DNA of 49,308 nt from a virus (Duplodnaviria > Caudoviricetes). The DNA lies in the IMG/VR virus record IMGVR_UViG_3300020440_000021, positions 1 through 49,308 of that record. The stretch is one strand, 5' to 3'. Below the pieces are notes generated by a model. The model was not told where the DNA came from, ran no database searches, and saw nothing but the letters and a program-made list of their open reading frames with translations. Within the stretch, counting starts at the first letter, position 1, and each line of letters starts with the position of its first letter. This document shows positions 1 through 8,240 of this stretch, piece by piece. Made by a program: the position numbers and the translations under genes.

Positions 1-105
1 ATTGGTGAACATCCTGATATTGTTGAAGCAGTTGAAACTCAAGTGACTAAGATTGCAGAAGCTCAAGACAAAATTGATACCATTATAAAACTCAATAACT
101 TATAA
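1..105 (+). CDS. 3' end of a small conserved phage hypothetical protein (partial)
   Basis: Frame 1 is open from base 1 (IGEHPDIVEAVETQVTKIAEAQDKIDTIIKLNNL) to TAA 103-105. The GEHxD motif recalls small proteins of marine T4-like phages. Confidence 0.7.
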   Translation: MGEHPDIVEAVETQVTKIAEAQDKIDTIIKLNNL

Positions 106-108
106 ATA
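101..108 (+). promoter_or_regulatory. T4-type late promoter TATAAATA
   Basis: Exact gp55 late consensus at a gene boundary. Confidence 0.6.
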
Positions 109-112
109 GATA

Positions 113-141
113 TTTACACATTCACATTTTTGTGGTATAAT
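113..141 (+). promoter_or_regulatory. sigma70-type early promoter (TTTACA-N17-TATAAT, extended -10 TGTGG)
   Basis: TTTACA 113-118, 17-nt spacer, TATAAT 136-141. The same architecture recurs four more times in the window. Confidence 0.8.
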
Positions 142-147
142 ATCTAT

Positions 148-759
148 ATGTTAGCGTATCAAGAATATTTAGAAGAAGCAACAGGAAAAGGCTTAACAAT
201 TTTTGACATTGATGATACAATGTTTAAATCAAAAGCCCGTGTTCGTGTAATTGATACAAAAACTCAAAAAGTTAAAAAAATATTAGAGCCTAAAAGCTTT
301 AATAGTTATAAACTCGGTAAAGGCGAAGAGTTTGATTATGGCGAGTTTAAATCTTCAAAACTCTTTTATCAAACTGCAACTCCAATAGCGAGAATGATTA
401 ACAAGGCTAAAGCAATTATTAAAAATGCTACAGCCAAAGGATCTAAAGTAATTATTGTTACTGCTCGAGCAGATATGGATGATAAAGATCTCTTTATTAA
501 AACATTTGAAGCTCATGGTATACCAATGAAAGATGTATACGTCGAAAGAGCTGGTAATATGAGCGGTAAAAATAGTGCTGCAAATAAATCAATTATTTTT
601 AGAAAATATTTAAAAACAGGAAAGTTCAAACGAGTTAGACTTTTCGACGATCATGTTGAGAATTTAAAAGCTTTACTTGATTTAAAACGAGAATTTGCTG
701 ACATTGAATTTTTTGCTTATCACGCAAATGATAAGGGAAGTATAAAGAGGATTAAATAA
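148..759 (+). CDS. HAD-superfamily phosphatase/hydrolase
   Basis: Motif I FDIDDT, motif II VTAR, motif IV FDDH. Start moved from TTG130, which lies inside the promoter, to ATG148. Confidence 0.8.
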   Translation: MLAYQEYLEEATGKGLTIFDIDDTMFKSKARVRVIDTKTQKVKKILEPKSFNSYKLGKGEEFDYGEFKSSKLFYQTATPIARMINKAKAIIKNATAKGSKVIIVTARADMDDKDLFIKTFEAHGIPMKDVYVERAGNMSGKNSAANKSIIFRKYLKTGKFKRVRLFDDHVENLKALLDLKREFADIEFFAYHANDKGSIKRIK

Positions 760-965
760 TGCCAGCTAAATATAAACCAAGCGAAAAGCGAGTAGATCGT
801 GAAACTAAAAAAGTTACAGTAATACATTATTATGCTAAACAATTATCAAATGAAAAATTGTTTGAATTAATTAATGATGATAAAACAAAACCTAAACATA
901 AACAAAAATTTAGAAATATAATACAAGGTAGAGGAACTAAAATTGTCAAAGTGGCACGGGGGTAA
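759..965 (+). CDS. small basic hypothetical protein
   Basis: TAATG stop/start coupling to the upstream gene; 68-aa ORF. Confidence 0.7.
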   Translation: MPAKYKPSEKRVDRETKKVTVIHYYAKQLSNEKLFELINDDKTKPKHKQKFRNIIQGRGTKIVKVARG

Positions 966-1167
966 AGGCAGTAAAAGAAGACCTATGATTCAAACTCAAG
1001 AACAGTTTGAAGCTGCATGGGATAATATTTTTGTGCGTAAAGAAACACCAAAACATGCTGCACAAAAAGTTCATAAAGTCAAAACAAAAGTGATACCTCG
1101 AAAGAAAAAATATAAAGATGAAGGACCAAAATATGAAAGCCCTTGGGGCAAAGACTTAGGCTATTAG
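943..1167 (+). CDS. small basic hypothetical protein (WHGGKGS motif)
   Basis: GAGG RBS before a TTG start; N-terminal GGKGSxxRP motif typical of small phage proteins. Confidence 0.65.
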   Translation: MSKWHGGKGSKRRPMIQTQEQFEAAWDNIFVRKETPKHAAQKVHKVKTKVIPRKKKYKDEGPKYESPWGKDLGY

Positions 1168-1170
1168 TTG

Positions 1171-1178
1171 TATAAATA
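1171..1178 (+). promoter_or_regulatory. T4-type late promoter TATAAATA
   Basis: Intergenic exact consensus ahead of a GAGG RBS and ATG1197. Confidence 0.8.
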
Positions 1179-1196
1179 TAAAGAGAGGTAGTATAA

Positions 1197-1463
1197 ATGT
1201 CAATAGATATAGATAAATTTGATTTTGGATTTACAGTAGTCGATGAAGACGAATTAGAAGTAGTACAAAAGCAAACTCAAAAATTAGAATCAGCTTCAGG
1301 TAAAGCTGAAGAAGTTGAAGAAAAATTAAATAATTTATATAATTCAATATTACCATTACTGAGCAATTTAAAAAGAAATCCAGAAAAAGATTATATTTAC
1401 TGGCCAAAAAGAGTAGAAAAAGTAGAACAATTCGAAGAGCTTATAGCAGGAATTATTAAATAA
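1197..1463 (+). CDS. conserved T4-like phage hypothetical protein
   Basis: FDFGFTxVDEDEL and PLLxNLKxNPEKDYIYWP motifs; good RBS. Confidence 0.75.
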   Translation: MSIDIDKFDFGFTVVDEDELEVVQKQTQKLESASGKAEEVEEKLNNLYNSILPLLSNLKRNPEKDYIYWPKRVEKVEQFEELIAGIIK

Positions 1464-2773
1464 TGTCTGATCATGATCCCATAGAAAATACTAACGTAGG
1501 ATTAGTGGATATTCGTCAGGAATTACAAAGGCGAGGATATTGGCCTACAGGTTCTAATACTAACTTAGGTCTTAGAGCTTTATCTTTAGCAGCTCCTGAA
1601 CGTACCGGATATACGCTACTTAATGACTCTCCTTACAGTATAGGAGAATTTAGAGGTTATTCAGCTTTACCAAATTTTGCTTGGAGTAATCCATTTCAAA
1701 ATGGTATTAAATATTTTACTACTAATACAGCAGCTAATTTTAGTACATCAGATGATAGTGGCACATATACTACGGGACAATTACAATTTCAATGTTATGT
1801 AACTAAGAGTAGTTCAGGAGGAGGAACTGTAGGAGTACGCGTAAGAGAAATTAATGATAATGGTTCAGTTTTAAGTACTTCAGCATATACAACTTTAACA
1901 TTTCTTGGAGAATTAAACTCGCTTAATGCTCGAATGCAATTTGGAAGCATGAGCTTTTTTGCTGATAGAGATGCAGGCACAACTCCTGAAAATTCAATGA
2001 TTATCTGGGGTCATAGTAGCAGTCAAACAGCTGGGCCATCGAATTCAACCGGTTCACAAACTATATACAGTGAAAGTGGTAGTAGCTCAATAACAAGAAC
2101 ATTAAATACAACGACTGGTCCAACACTTACACCATCAATTATTACTGGGACTCGATATTTTAGTTTTAACACTGAATTTAGAGCATATTATCCTTCATCA
2201 TACGAAAATGAAACGCGATTCCAATCAAATTCAACTAGCGATTACATAGGTATTAGATTTATTGCATATGATAATCAAAATAATGGTTACATTGCTTATT
2301 ATAGACTTAGACCATCTACAAGTAGTGGTATAAACATTATAGTCCTCAACTATGATTATCCTGATTATACATGTATACCAGAAAGTATGAAAGTCAAAAA
2401 AGAAAATGGTACACTTATATCAGCAAAGGATGTAAAAATTGGAGATATGATCGAAGTTGAAGATGGAAGTTTTTCTAAAGTTACTGAATATCATGGTCAC
2501 CAAAGAAAAGAAATTGTAAAAATTGGCGAATTAGAAATTACAAACGATCATCCAATTTTAGTAGACGGAGAATGGTTATTACCAACTCAAATTGATGGAG
2601 CAGTTGAAAAAGATATAGATATAACAGCTTACTTTATAGGTACAGAACAAAAAACATTTAAATGTTATGCTCCAGATAAAGTATGGACAATAAGTGGTAG
2701 TTATGAAATACATGAACAAGTTTGGGATCGAGAAGGAATGTACCCCGATCGACATCTTCGTACAGGTACTTAA
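1463..2773 (+). CDS. putative virion fibre-tip/adhesin-like protein with C-terminal Hint (intein-like) domain
   Basis: S/T/G/N-rich beta-type body. From Cys304 (nt 2372) CIPESMKVKKENGTLISAKDVKIGDMI matches Hint block A and ITNDHPILVDGEW matches block B (TxxH). Confidence 0.7.
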   Translation: MSDHDPIENTNVGLVDIRQELQRRGYWPTGSNTNLGLRALSLAAPERTGYTLLNDSPYSIGEFRGYSALPNFAWSNPFQNGIKYFTTNTAANFSTSDDSGTYTTGQLQFQCYVTKSSSGGGTVGVRVREINDNGSVLSTSAYTTLTFLGELNSLNARMQFGSMSFFADRDAGTTPENSMIIWGHSSSQTAGPSNSTGSQTIYSESGSSSITRTLNTTTGPTLTPSIITGTRYFSFNTEFRAYYPSSYENETRFQSNSTSDYIGIRFIAYDNQNNGYIAYYRLRPSTSSGINIIVLNYDYPDYTCIPESMKVKKENGTLISAKDVKIGDMIEVEDGSFSKVTEYHGHQRKEIVKIGELEITNDHPILVDGEWLLPTQIDGAVEKDIDITAYFIGTEQKTFKCYAPDKVWTISGSYEIHEQVWDREGMYPDRHLRTGT

Positions 2774-3209
2774 CGAATATAAGTTACTTGAGAGATTAGA
2801 AGATTATGATGTTTTCCTTTGGGGAAACTATGGTTTAAAACCAACTGGAGATATTGATTTAACTCTTATAGGCGAACCATCAGATGATTTATTTCATATG
2901 ATGAAAGACTTTAGAAGATTTTGTCAATATCATATATGGGAAAATATTGATGTGACTGTTTATAAAACTCATGCAATACTTGACCATATAGACCACTTTA
3001 ATAGTTGTACAGATGATGCTTATTACTATCCGGAAAAGATTGAAAGATATAAATTGCATCCATTAAATAATAATGAAAAGTTTGGAAGAATAGGAGAACG
3101 ACTAAATAACTGGTATAAAATTATTCAAGTGTTTACACTTAAGGATAAACATAAAGATTCTGGTTGGCCAGAAATTAGAGATTTAAGAGAATATGCAACA
3201 AACAGATAA
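2694..3209 (+). CDS. putative Pol-beta-fold minimal nucleotidyltransferase (start uncertain, 2694-2712)
   Basis: VFLWGN...TGDIDLTL (hG-x-DhD) plus a downstream IDV third acidic residue. Confidence 0.55.
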   Translation: MVVMKYMNKFGIEKECTPIDIFVQVLNEYKLLERLEDYDVFLWGNYGLKPTGDIDLTLIGEPSDDLFHMMKDFRRFCQYHIWENIDVTVYKTHAILDHIDHFNSCTDDAYYYPEKIERYKLHPLNNNEKFGRIGERLNNWYKIIQVFTLKDKHKDSGWPEIRDLREYATNR

Positions 3210-3885
3210 AAATTGGATTTCAGAACTTGGAAATGTAAAAGGCCGAGGGTTTGGTCTATACAAAAGTTTTGATATCGATCTATCAAATAAAGTTGTTTTG
3301 GATTATGGTGCTGCACACGGAATACTTAAAAATGAATTACCAGAATCAGCAACATATTTTGGAGTAGATTGTATTGCTGAATATACAAATTATGAAAAGA
3401 ATATTAAGCATTATAATATACAACATCCCACATATAATCCGGAAGGAGTATCTGATTTAGATATTAAAACAGTTTTTCCGGAACAAAAATTTGATGTAAT
3501 TATTGCATCAAGTGTTTTTAATCATCATACTTATGATTCAATGGTTTCATGTATTGATAATTTAAAAACAGTTTTAAACGATGATGGCTTTATACTATTT
3601 TCTATATGGGATAAAGCAGCAATTGTAAAATGGCATACTCAATTAAAAGAAAATAATTCTACTGATATTGATTGGGTAAATGATAATATTATAAATCATG
3701 CGTATTGGTATAAATCAGAAGGTACTCAATACATAGATTACGACAAAGATCTACAAAATACGCCTGATGATAACTTAATGACTTTCTATAATACCGATTG
3801 GTTAATAGGTGAGAAAGGATATTCAATTCACCGAAGTCAACAAGATGGAATTTATAGAAATATTATTTTAAAGGAAACACTATGA
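3193..3885 (+). CDS. class I SAM-dependent methyltransferase
   Basis: VVLDYGAAHG (motif I), YFGVD, KFDVIIASSVFNH, LNDDGFILFS. Confidence 0.85.
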   Translation: MQQTDKNWISELGNVKGRGFGLYKSFDIDLSNKVVLDYGAAHGILKNELPESATYFGVDCIAEYTNYEKNIKHYNIQHPTYNPEGVSDLDIKTVFPEQKFDVIIASSVFNHHTYDSMVSCIDNLKTVLNDDGFILFSIWDKAAIVKWHTQLKENNSTDIDWVNDNIINHAYWYKSEGTQYIDYDKDLQNTPDDNLMTFYNTDWLIGEKGYSIHRSQQDGIYRNIILKETL

Positions 3886-4322
3886 ATATAGAAAAATTAA
3901 AAGAACAACTAAAAATCGATGAAGGAGTAGTATATGAAATATATAATGACCATCTTGGTTATCCTACATTCGGGATTGGTCATCTTGTCATTGAAGGAGA
4001 CTCAGAACATGGGTTACCGGTCGGTACTGCTGTCTCAGAGAGCAGAGTTGATGAATGCTTTGAAAAAGATGTCGTATCAGTAATTGAAGATTGTAAAATC
4101 TTGCATGAAGGCTGGGATGATTATCCTGAAGAAGTTAAACAAATTATTGCAAACATGATGTTTAATATGGGAAGAACTAGACTTAGTAAATTTAAAAAAC
4201 ACAATGCTGCATTAAATATGCATGATTGGAAATTAGCTGCTATAGAAGGAAGAGATTCTAAGTGGTATAAACAAGTTACTAATAGAGCTGAAAGGCTTAT
4301 GTCTAGACTTGAAAATGTATAA
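3882..4322 (+). CDS. T4-type lysozyme (GH24), probable endolysin
   Basis: Catalytic E-x8-D-x5-T pattern in DEGVVYEIYNDHLGYPTFGIGH; NMMFNMG; SKWYKQVTNRAERL. Confidence 0.92.
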   Translation: MNIEKLKEQLKIDEGVVYEIYNDHLGYPTFGIGHLVIEGDSEHGLPVGTAVSESRVDECFEKDVVSVIEDCKILHEGWDDYPEEVKQIIANMMFNMGRTRLSKFKKHNAALNMHDWKLAAIEGRDSKWYKQVTNRAERLMSRLENV

Positions 4323-4325
4323 ATA
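4318..4325 (+). promoter_or_regulatory. T4-type late promoter TATAAATA
   Basis: Overlaps the lysozyme stop codon and precedes the GGAGG RBS of 4347. Confidence 0.75.
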
Positions 4326-4346
4326 TAGATAAATAATGGAGGAATT

Positions 4347-4532
4347 ATGTTTAATTGGATAAAAAATTTATTCTTTGGAGAAGAAGAAGCTTCTGGTGTA
4401 AGAGCTAGAAATAAAAAAGGTCAATATGTTAAAGATGACCCTAACACTCCAGACGTGAATGAAGCCTATGCTGATGGTAAAACACCAGCTAAAAAAAGAG
4501 GCAGACCAAAAGGTTCAAAAAATAAAAAATAG
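4347..4532 (+). CDS. small protein with C-terminal AT-hook-like motif
   Basis: GGAGG RBS; RARNKKGQYVKDDPNTPDVNEAY followed by KKRGRPKGSKNKK. Confidence 0.75.
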   Translation: MFNWIKNLFFGEEEASGVRARNKKGQYVKDDPNTPDVNEAYADGKTPAKKRGRPKGSKNKK

Positions 4533-4540
4533 GTAATTAA

Positions 4541-4786
4541 ATGAAATTAAAACTAAATGGTTCAGAAGGTGACTTAACTTCAGCAAGTAGCGTAAGTTTA
4601 GCTAGACTTGTAAGAGTATATAATTCAGGTGGATCTGATTTATTATTAACTCAAAAAAATTCTAGTGGTAGTACAATTGGTACTGTAACAGTAAAAACTA
4701 AAGAAGTTGTCTTTATTAAAAAAGAAGGATTAGATACTTTAGAAGGCGGAGCAGCTTTAAAAGTAGTAAATATTAACTTTGCGTAA
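4541..4786 (+). CDS. hypothetical protein (possible small virion protein)
   Basis: 81-aa beta-rich ORF, coupled (TAATG) to iscU. Confidence 0.7.
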   Translation: MKLKLNGSEGDLTSASSVSLARLVRVYNSGGSDLLLTQKNSSGSTIGTVTVKTKEVVFIKKEGLDTLEGGAALKVVNINFA

Positions 4787-5214
4787 TGGCTTACTCTCAT
4801 AAAGTAGTTGATCGATTTGAAGATGTATTAAAAAATCCTGCTAAACATGGAGTTGGCAGATTCGATCCAAAAGATCCTAATGTAGTTACTGGATTAGCAG
4901 GCGCACCAGCCTGTGGTGATGTAATGAAATTAGATCTTAAACTTAATCCTGAAACAAATGAAATACTAGATGTTAAATTTAAAACCTATGGATGTGGAAG
5001 CGCAATTGCATCTAGTACAATGTTTGTTGAAATGCTTAAAGGTAAAACCCTTGAAGAAGCAAAACAAATAAAAGATAAAGAAATTGCTGAAGCTCTTGAG
5101 TTACCACCAATCAAATTGCATTGTTCTGTATTAGCAGAAGAAACTATACAAACCGCAATAAAAGATTGGGAAAAGAAAATGGAGCTGAGAAAACACAATG
5201 GACCACCCGATTGA
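4786..5214 (+). CDS. iscU: Fe-S cluster scaffold protein IscU
   Basis: MAYS..V start, GAPACGD, FKTYGCGSAIASS, LPPIKLHC (HscA-binding LPPVK-like motif); all three Cys ligands present. Confidence 0.95.
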   Translation: MAYSHKVVDRFEDVLKNPAKHGVGRFDPKDPNVVTGLAGAPACGDVMKLDLKLNPETNEILDVKFKTYGCGSAIASSTMFVEMLKGKTLEEAKQIKDKEIAEALELPPIKLHCSVLAEETIQTAIKDWEKKMELRKHNGPPD

Positions 5215-5521
5215 GATATCAGATGAAGCTTATCAAAAACTTATTCAAAAAAAAGAAGAAGAACGATTTGATTATATACGGCTTGGAGTCACAGGGGGTG
5301 GTTGCGCTGGTTTTGAGTATATTTTTTCTACTGGTGATTTACAGAATGATGATATCATAATTGATTTTGGACCTATAAAGTTCTTAATTGATAAAATATC
5401 CATACCTTACATCGAAGGCTCAACAATTATATGGGTCAAAGATGGCTTAAACGAATACTTTAAATACGACAATCCCAAAGAAAAGAGTTCATGCGGATGT
5501 GGTGTTTCAGTACAGTTTTAG
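5198..5521 (+). CDS. iscA: A-type Fe-S carrier (IscA/SufA/HesB family)
   Basis: RLGVTGGGCAGFEY and NPKEKSSCGCGVS motifs. Confidence 0.92.
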   Translation: MDHPIEISDEAYQKLIQKKEEERFDYIRLGVTGGGCAGFEYIFSTGDLQNDDIIIDFGPIKFLIDKISIPYIEGSTIIWVKDGLNEYFKYDNPKEKSSCGCGVSVQF

Positions 5522-5529
5522 TATAAATA
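5522..5529 (+). promoter_or_regulatory. T4-type late promoter heading the curli/cyclase cassette
   Basis: Exact TATAAATA in the 17-nt gap before ATG5539. Confidence 0.8.
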
Positions 5530-5538
5530 ACACTATAA

Positions 5539-5835
5539 ATGGAAGATATAATAGTACTCATCGGTGAAGTTGGTTTGCCTATCGCAGGTGCATTGACTGC
5601 TGGATTTTTTATATTTCTAGTATTAAAACAAATATTAGAAGGAATTGTTGATAGCATCGATACATTAACAACCTTTACTAAAGCTCTAGAAAATAGAGCT
5701 CGTACTATGAATAATGAATTGATTAAAATTGATATGTTAGTTTCAAGTGCTTTAGATCTTAAACCAGATATCGAAAGAGTTGCTCGGGCTGAAAATTATG
5801 TTGAGGATGGAAAAATAGATTCTAGGAGAGACTAA
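5539..5835 (+). CDS. small membrane protein (N-terminal TM helix + coiled coil)
   Basis: Hydrophobic segment VGLPIAGALTAGFFIFLVL followed by a heptad-like helix. Confidence 0.8.
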   Translation: MEDIIVLIGEVGLPIAGALTAGFFIFLVLKQILEGIVDSIDTLTTFTKALENRARTMNNELIKIDMLVSSALDLKPDIERVARAENYVEDGKIDSRRD

Positions 5836-6131
5836 TGGAAATAACAAATCCAGACTATACTATAGTTCAACTTATAGCTGAATTTGGATTTGCCATTATT
5901 GCTGTCATAGGCTTAGCTTATTTTATATACTACATCTGGAATTTTATAAGTGAAAGGATCGATCCAAAGATAGAAGAAATGCATATGCAACTTATTAGAG
6001 TTATCGATCAGGTTAGAATGCTCGATCAAGATTTAATTCGTTTACAAGAAAAAGTCAATGTTGTATTAGAATATAAAGAAAATGAAAAGAAAAAAAGAGG
6101 ACATAATGGAAATAATAAAGGAAAAAGCTGA
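5835..6131 (+). CDS. small membrane protein, apparent paralogue of the preceding gene
   Basis: FGFAIIAVIGLAYFIYYIW TM segment; RMLDQDLIRL resembles RTMNNELIKI of the neighbour; TAATG coupling. Confidence 0.8.
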   Translation: MEITNPDYTIVQLIAEFGFAIIAVIGLAYFIYYIWNFISERIDPKIEEMHMQLIRVIDQVRMLDQDLIRLQEKVNVVLEYKENEKKKRGHNGNNKGKS

Positions 6132-6630
6132 GATGTCAGCTTTAATTGTAATATTTTTATTATCACTACTAGGTTTAACTCCTAATGCGTATGCTGATGA
6201 AATTAAACATAAGTTTAAAAATCCATCATTTAGTGGTATTGGTACTGGAGCTCATTATTTAACAATAGAAAACCAAGAGCATTCTCGAAAAAAAGCTATA
6301 GAAGAAGCTTTAGAAGCAGCAAGAAAAGCAGCTGAAAGAGAAGCAGACAATACAACACTTGCAAAATTTATACGTAATTTAGAATCGAGAATATATGCTC
6401 AAATGGCTAAAAATTTAGTTGAGTCTATGTTTTCAAATGATAACCCAGTTCGTTTTGGATCTTTCGTACTTGAAGGTTCCACCATTACTTATGAAGTGAT
6501 TACCAATGAAGATGGTACCGAGTTTATTAGAATGACTATTGTGGATGAAAATGGAACACAAACTGTTATAGAAATACCGATAGGTACTGGAAACTTTGGG
6601 AGTTCAAGTGATGATGGCGGCGACGGCTAA
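6106..6630 (+). CDS. csgF: curli assembly protein CsgF-like
   Basis: Signal peptide ending AYA, then EIKHKFKNPSFSG (CsgF F-x-NP-x-FGG-like) and LAKFIRNLESRIYAQ; adjacent to csgG. Start set at ATG6106 behind GAGG. Confidence 0.85.
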   Translation: MEIIKEKAEMSALIVIFLLSLLGLTPNAYADEIKHKFKNPSFSGIGTGAHYLTIENQEHSRKKAIEEALEAARKAAEREADNTTLAKFIRNLESRIYAQMAKNLVESMFSNDNPVRFGSFVLEGSTITYEVITNEDGTEFIRMTIVDENGTQTVIEIPIGTGNFGSSSDDGGDG

Positions 6631-7510
6631 AACATTATTAGTAATAATACTAACAATACTCATATCGAGCTGTGCTTCTTTTCCTCAATGGAGTGAACAA
6701 CCACAAGATTGTTCTCGATGGGATGAAGGACTTAAAAAAGATGTTTATAGCGCAGTTAAAAAACAACTGTCAAGGAAATACATTTGTGTAGAATATCCAG
6801 AAGTTGTTAAGTTACCTTCATATATTCAGTTATTACAATTACCACCAGCTGAAGAAAAACCAGTTGTTGCTGTTTATAATTTTTTAGATAAAACAGGACA
6901 AAGAAAATCAGTAGAAAATATTGCTTCTTTCAGTACAGCAGTAACTCAAGGTGCTACAGAAATGGTTATAGACGCTTTGAAAACTGCAGGCGGAGGAACA
7001 TGGTTTAGAGTTGTTGAAAGAAATGGTATAGACAATTTAGTCAGAGAAAGACAAATTATTCGAAGCGCACGTAAAGAATTTAACGGCGAAGATGCACAAA
7101 ATTTAAATCCTCTATTATTTGCTGGTATGATAATAGAAGGTGGTATAATAGGTTACGATGCTAATATTAAAACTGGAGGACGGGGCGCACGTACTCTAGG
7201 TATTGGTTTCGCAAGACAATATCGTCAAGATGTTGTCACAGTTAGTATGAGAGCTGTTTCAGTTCTAACAGGTGAAGTTTTATTAAATGTCCAAACTCGA
7301 AAAACTATATTGAGCTATGGCTCTGGAGGAGACGTTTTCCGATTTGTAGAGAGTGGTACTCAACTTGTAGAGATCGAGGATGGAATTGGTAATAATGAAT
7401 CAGTGACTTACGCAGTACGTACGGCTATTGAAGCTGGCGTGCTTGAATTAGTACACCAAGGCCACGATCGTGGTTATTGGAAAATAGAGGGGTATAACGA
7501 AAATGAATAA
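6611..7510 (+). CDS. csgG: curli secretion outer-membrane lipoprotein CsgG
   Basis: Lipobox LISSC; VAVYNFLDKTGQRK, FSTAVTQGA, WFRVVER..IDNLVRERQIIR, IEGGIIGYD, GGRGARTLGIG..RQYRQD, TGEVL motifs. Confidence 0.95.
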   Translation: MMAATAKTLLVIILTILISSCASFPQWSEQPQDCSRWDEGLKKDVYSAVKKQLSRKYICVEYPEVVKLPSYIQLLQLPPAEEKPVVAVYNFLDKTGQRKSVENIASFSTAVTQGATEMVIDALKTAGGGTWFRVVERNGIDNLVRERQIIRSARKEFNGEDAQNLNPLLFAGMIIEGGIIGYDANIKTGGRGARTLGIGFARQYRQDVVTVSMRAVSVLTGEVLLNVQTRKTILSYGSGGDVFRFVESGTQLVEIEDGIGNNESVTYAVRTAIEAGVLELVHQGHDRGYWKIEGYNENE

Positions 7511-8240
7511 ACTTTTAATAAGCTTATTATTTATAATGTCGACATCATTCGTTTTCGCACAAGCCACTGATGATAACGAAATTCTAATTCAACAATCAGG
7601 AGATACTTTAAAGTTATATATTGACCAAGTAGGATTTGGTAATAAAATAGGAGGTGACAACTTTTCAAGTGGTTCATCAAATATGACTATAACTGGTTCT
7701 TCTCTTGAATTTGACTTAGATTTTATCGGTAACTCAAATATTTTGTTTGGTCCAGTTATAGCTGATAGTTCATACTATAAGCTTGACTTTAATGGAGATT
7801 CAAACATAATAGATTGGAATATTGGTTACATTGGTAGCTCAGATAGCTCAAATTATAATTTTGATGTTACAGGAAGTTCTAATACTTTCGATATCGATCA
7901 AGGTTATGCAGTGAGCGCAGAACGTTTAGATGCTGACTTAGTATTAATTGGAAGCAGTAATGTTTTCGATATAGACTTTGAGTCAGATGATAATACATGG
8001 AATTTTGATATTACTGGAGCATCCAATAATATTAATACTTTGCAAAATGATGGTTCACAAACACTTAACTTTACTTTAGTAGGGGACAGTGCTGATGTTG
8101 ATATCAATCAAATATCAGGTACATGCGCATCAGGCGCAGGTTCTGGTTGTGCAACACCAAACGCGAGTATAAATTTAAATGTTACAAGCGATAACTCAAT
8201 CATTCAGATTAATCAGCAAGATTCATCTGGCGATTCTTAG
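7503..8240 (+). CDS. secreted curlin-like beta-solenoid repeat protein
   Basis: Sec signal ending VFA; about 8 imperfect repeats of the type x-h-x-h-x-h-x-G-x-S-N-x-h-x-h-x-(Q); directly downstream of csgG. Confidence 0.75.
   Translation: MNKLLISLLFIMSTSFVFAQATDDNEILIQQSGDTLKLYIDQVGFGNKIGGDNFSSGSSNMTITGSSLEFDLDFIGNSNILFGPVIADSSYYKLDFNGDSNIIDWNIGYIGSSDSSNYNFDVTGSSNTFDIDQGYAVSAERLDADLVLIGSSNVFDIDFESDDNTWNFDITGASNNINTLQNDGSQTLNFTLVGDSADVDINQISGTCASGAGSGCATPNASINLNVTSDNSIIQINQQDSSGDS

Noticed and set aside
130-147. TTG start for the HAD gene given in the ORF track
   Set aside because: These codons are the extended -10 promoter element (TGTGGTATAAT); ATG148 is preferred.
5121-5360. 79-aa alternative-frame ORF with a hydrophobic C-terminus across iscU/iscA
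   Set aside because: Fully overlaps two conserved genes, has no RBS and no recognisable motif.
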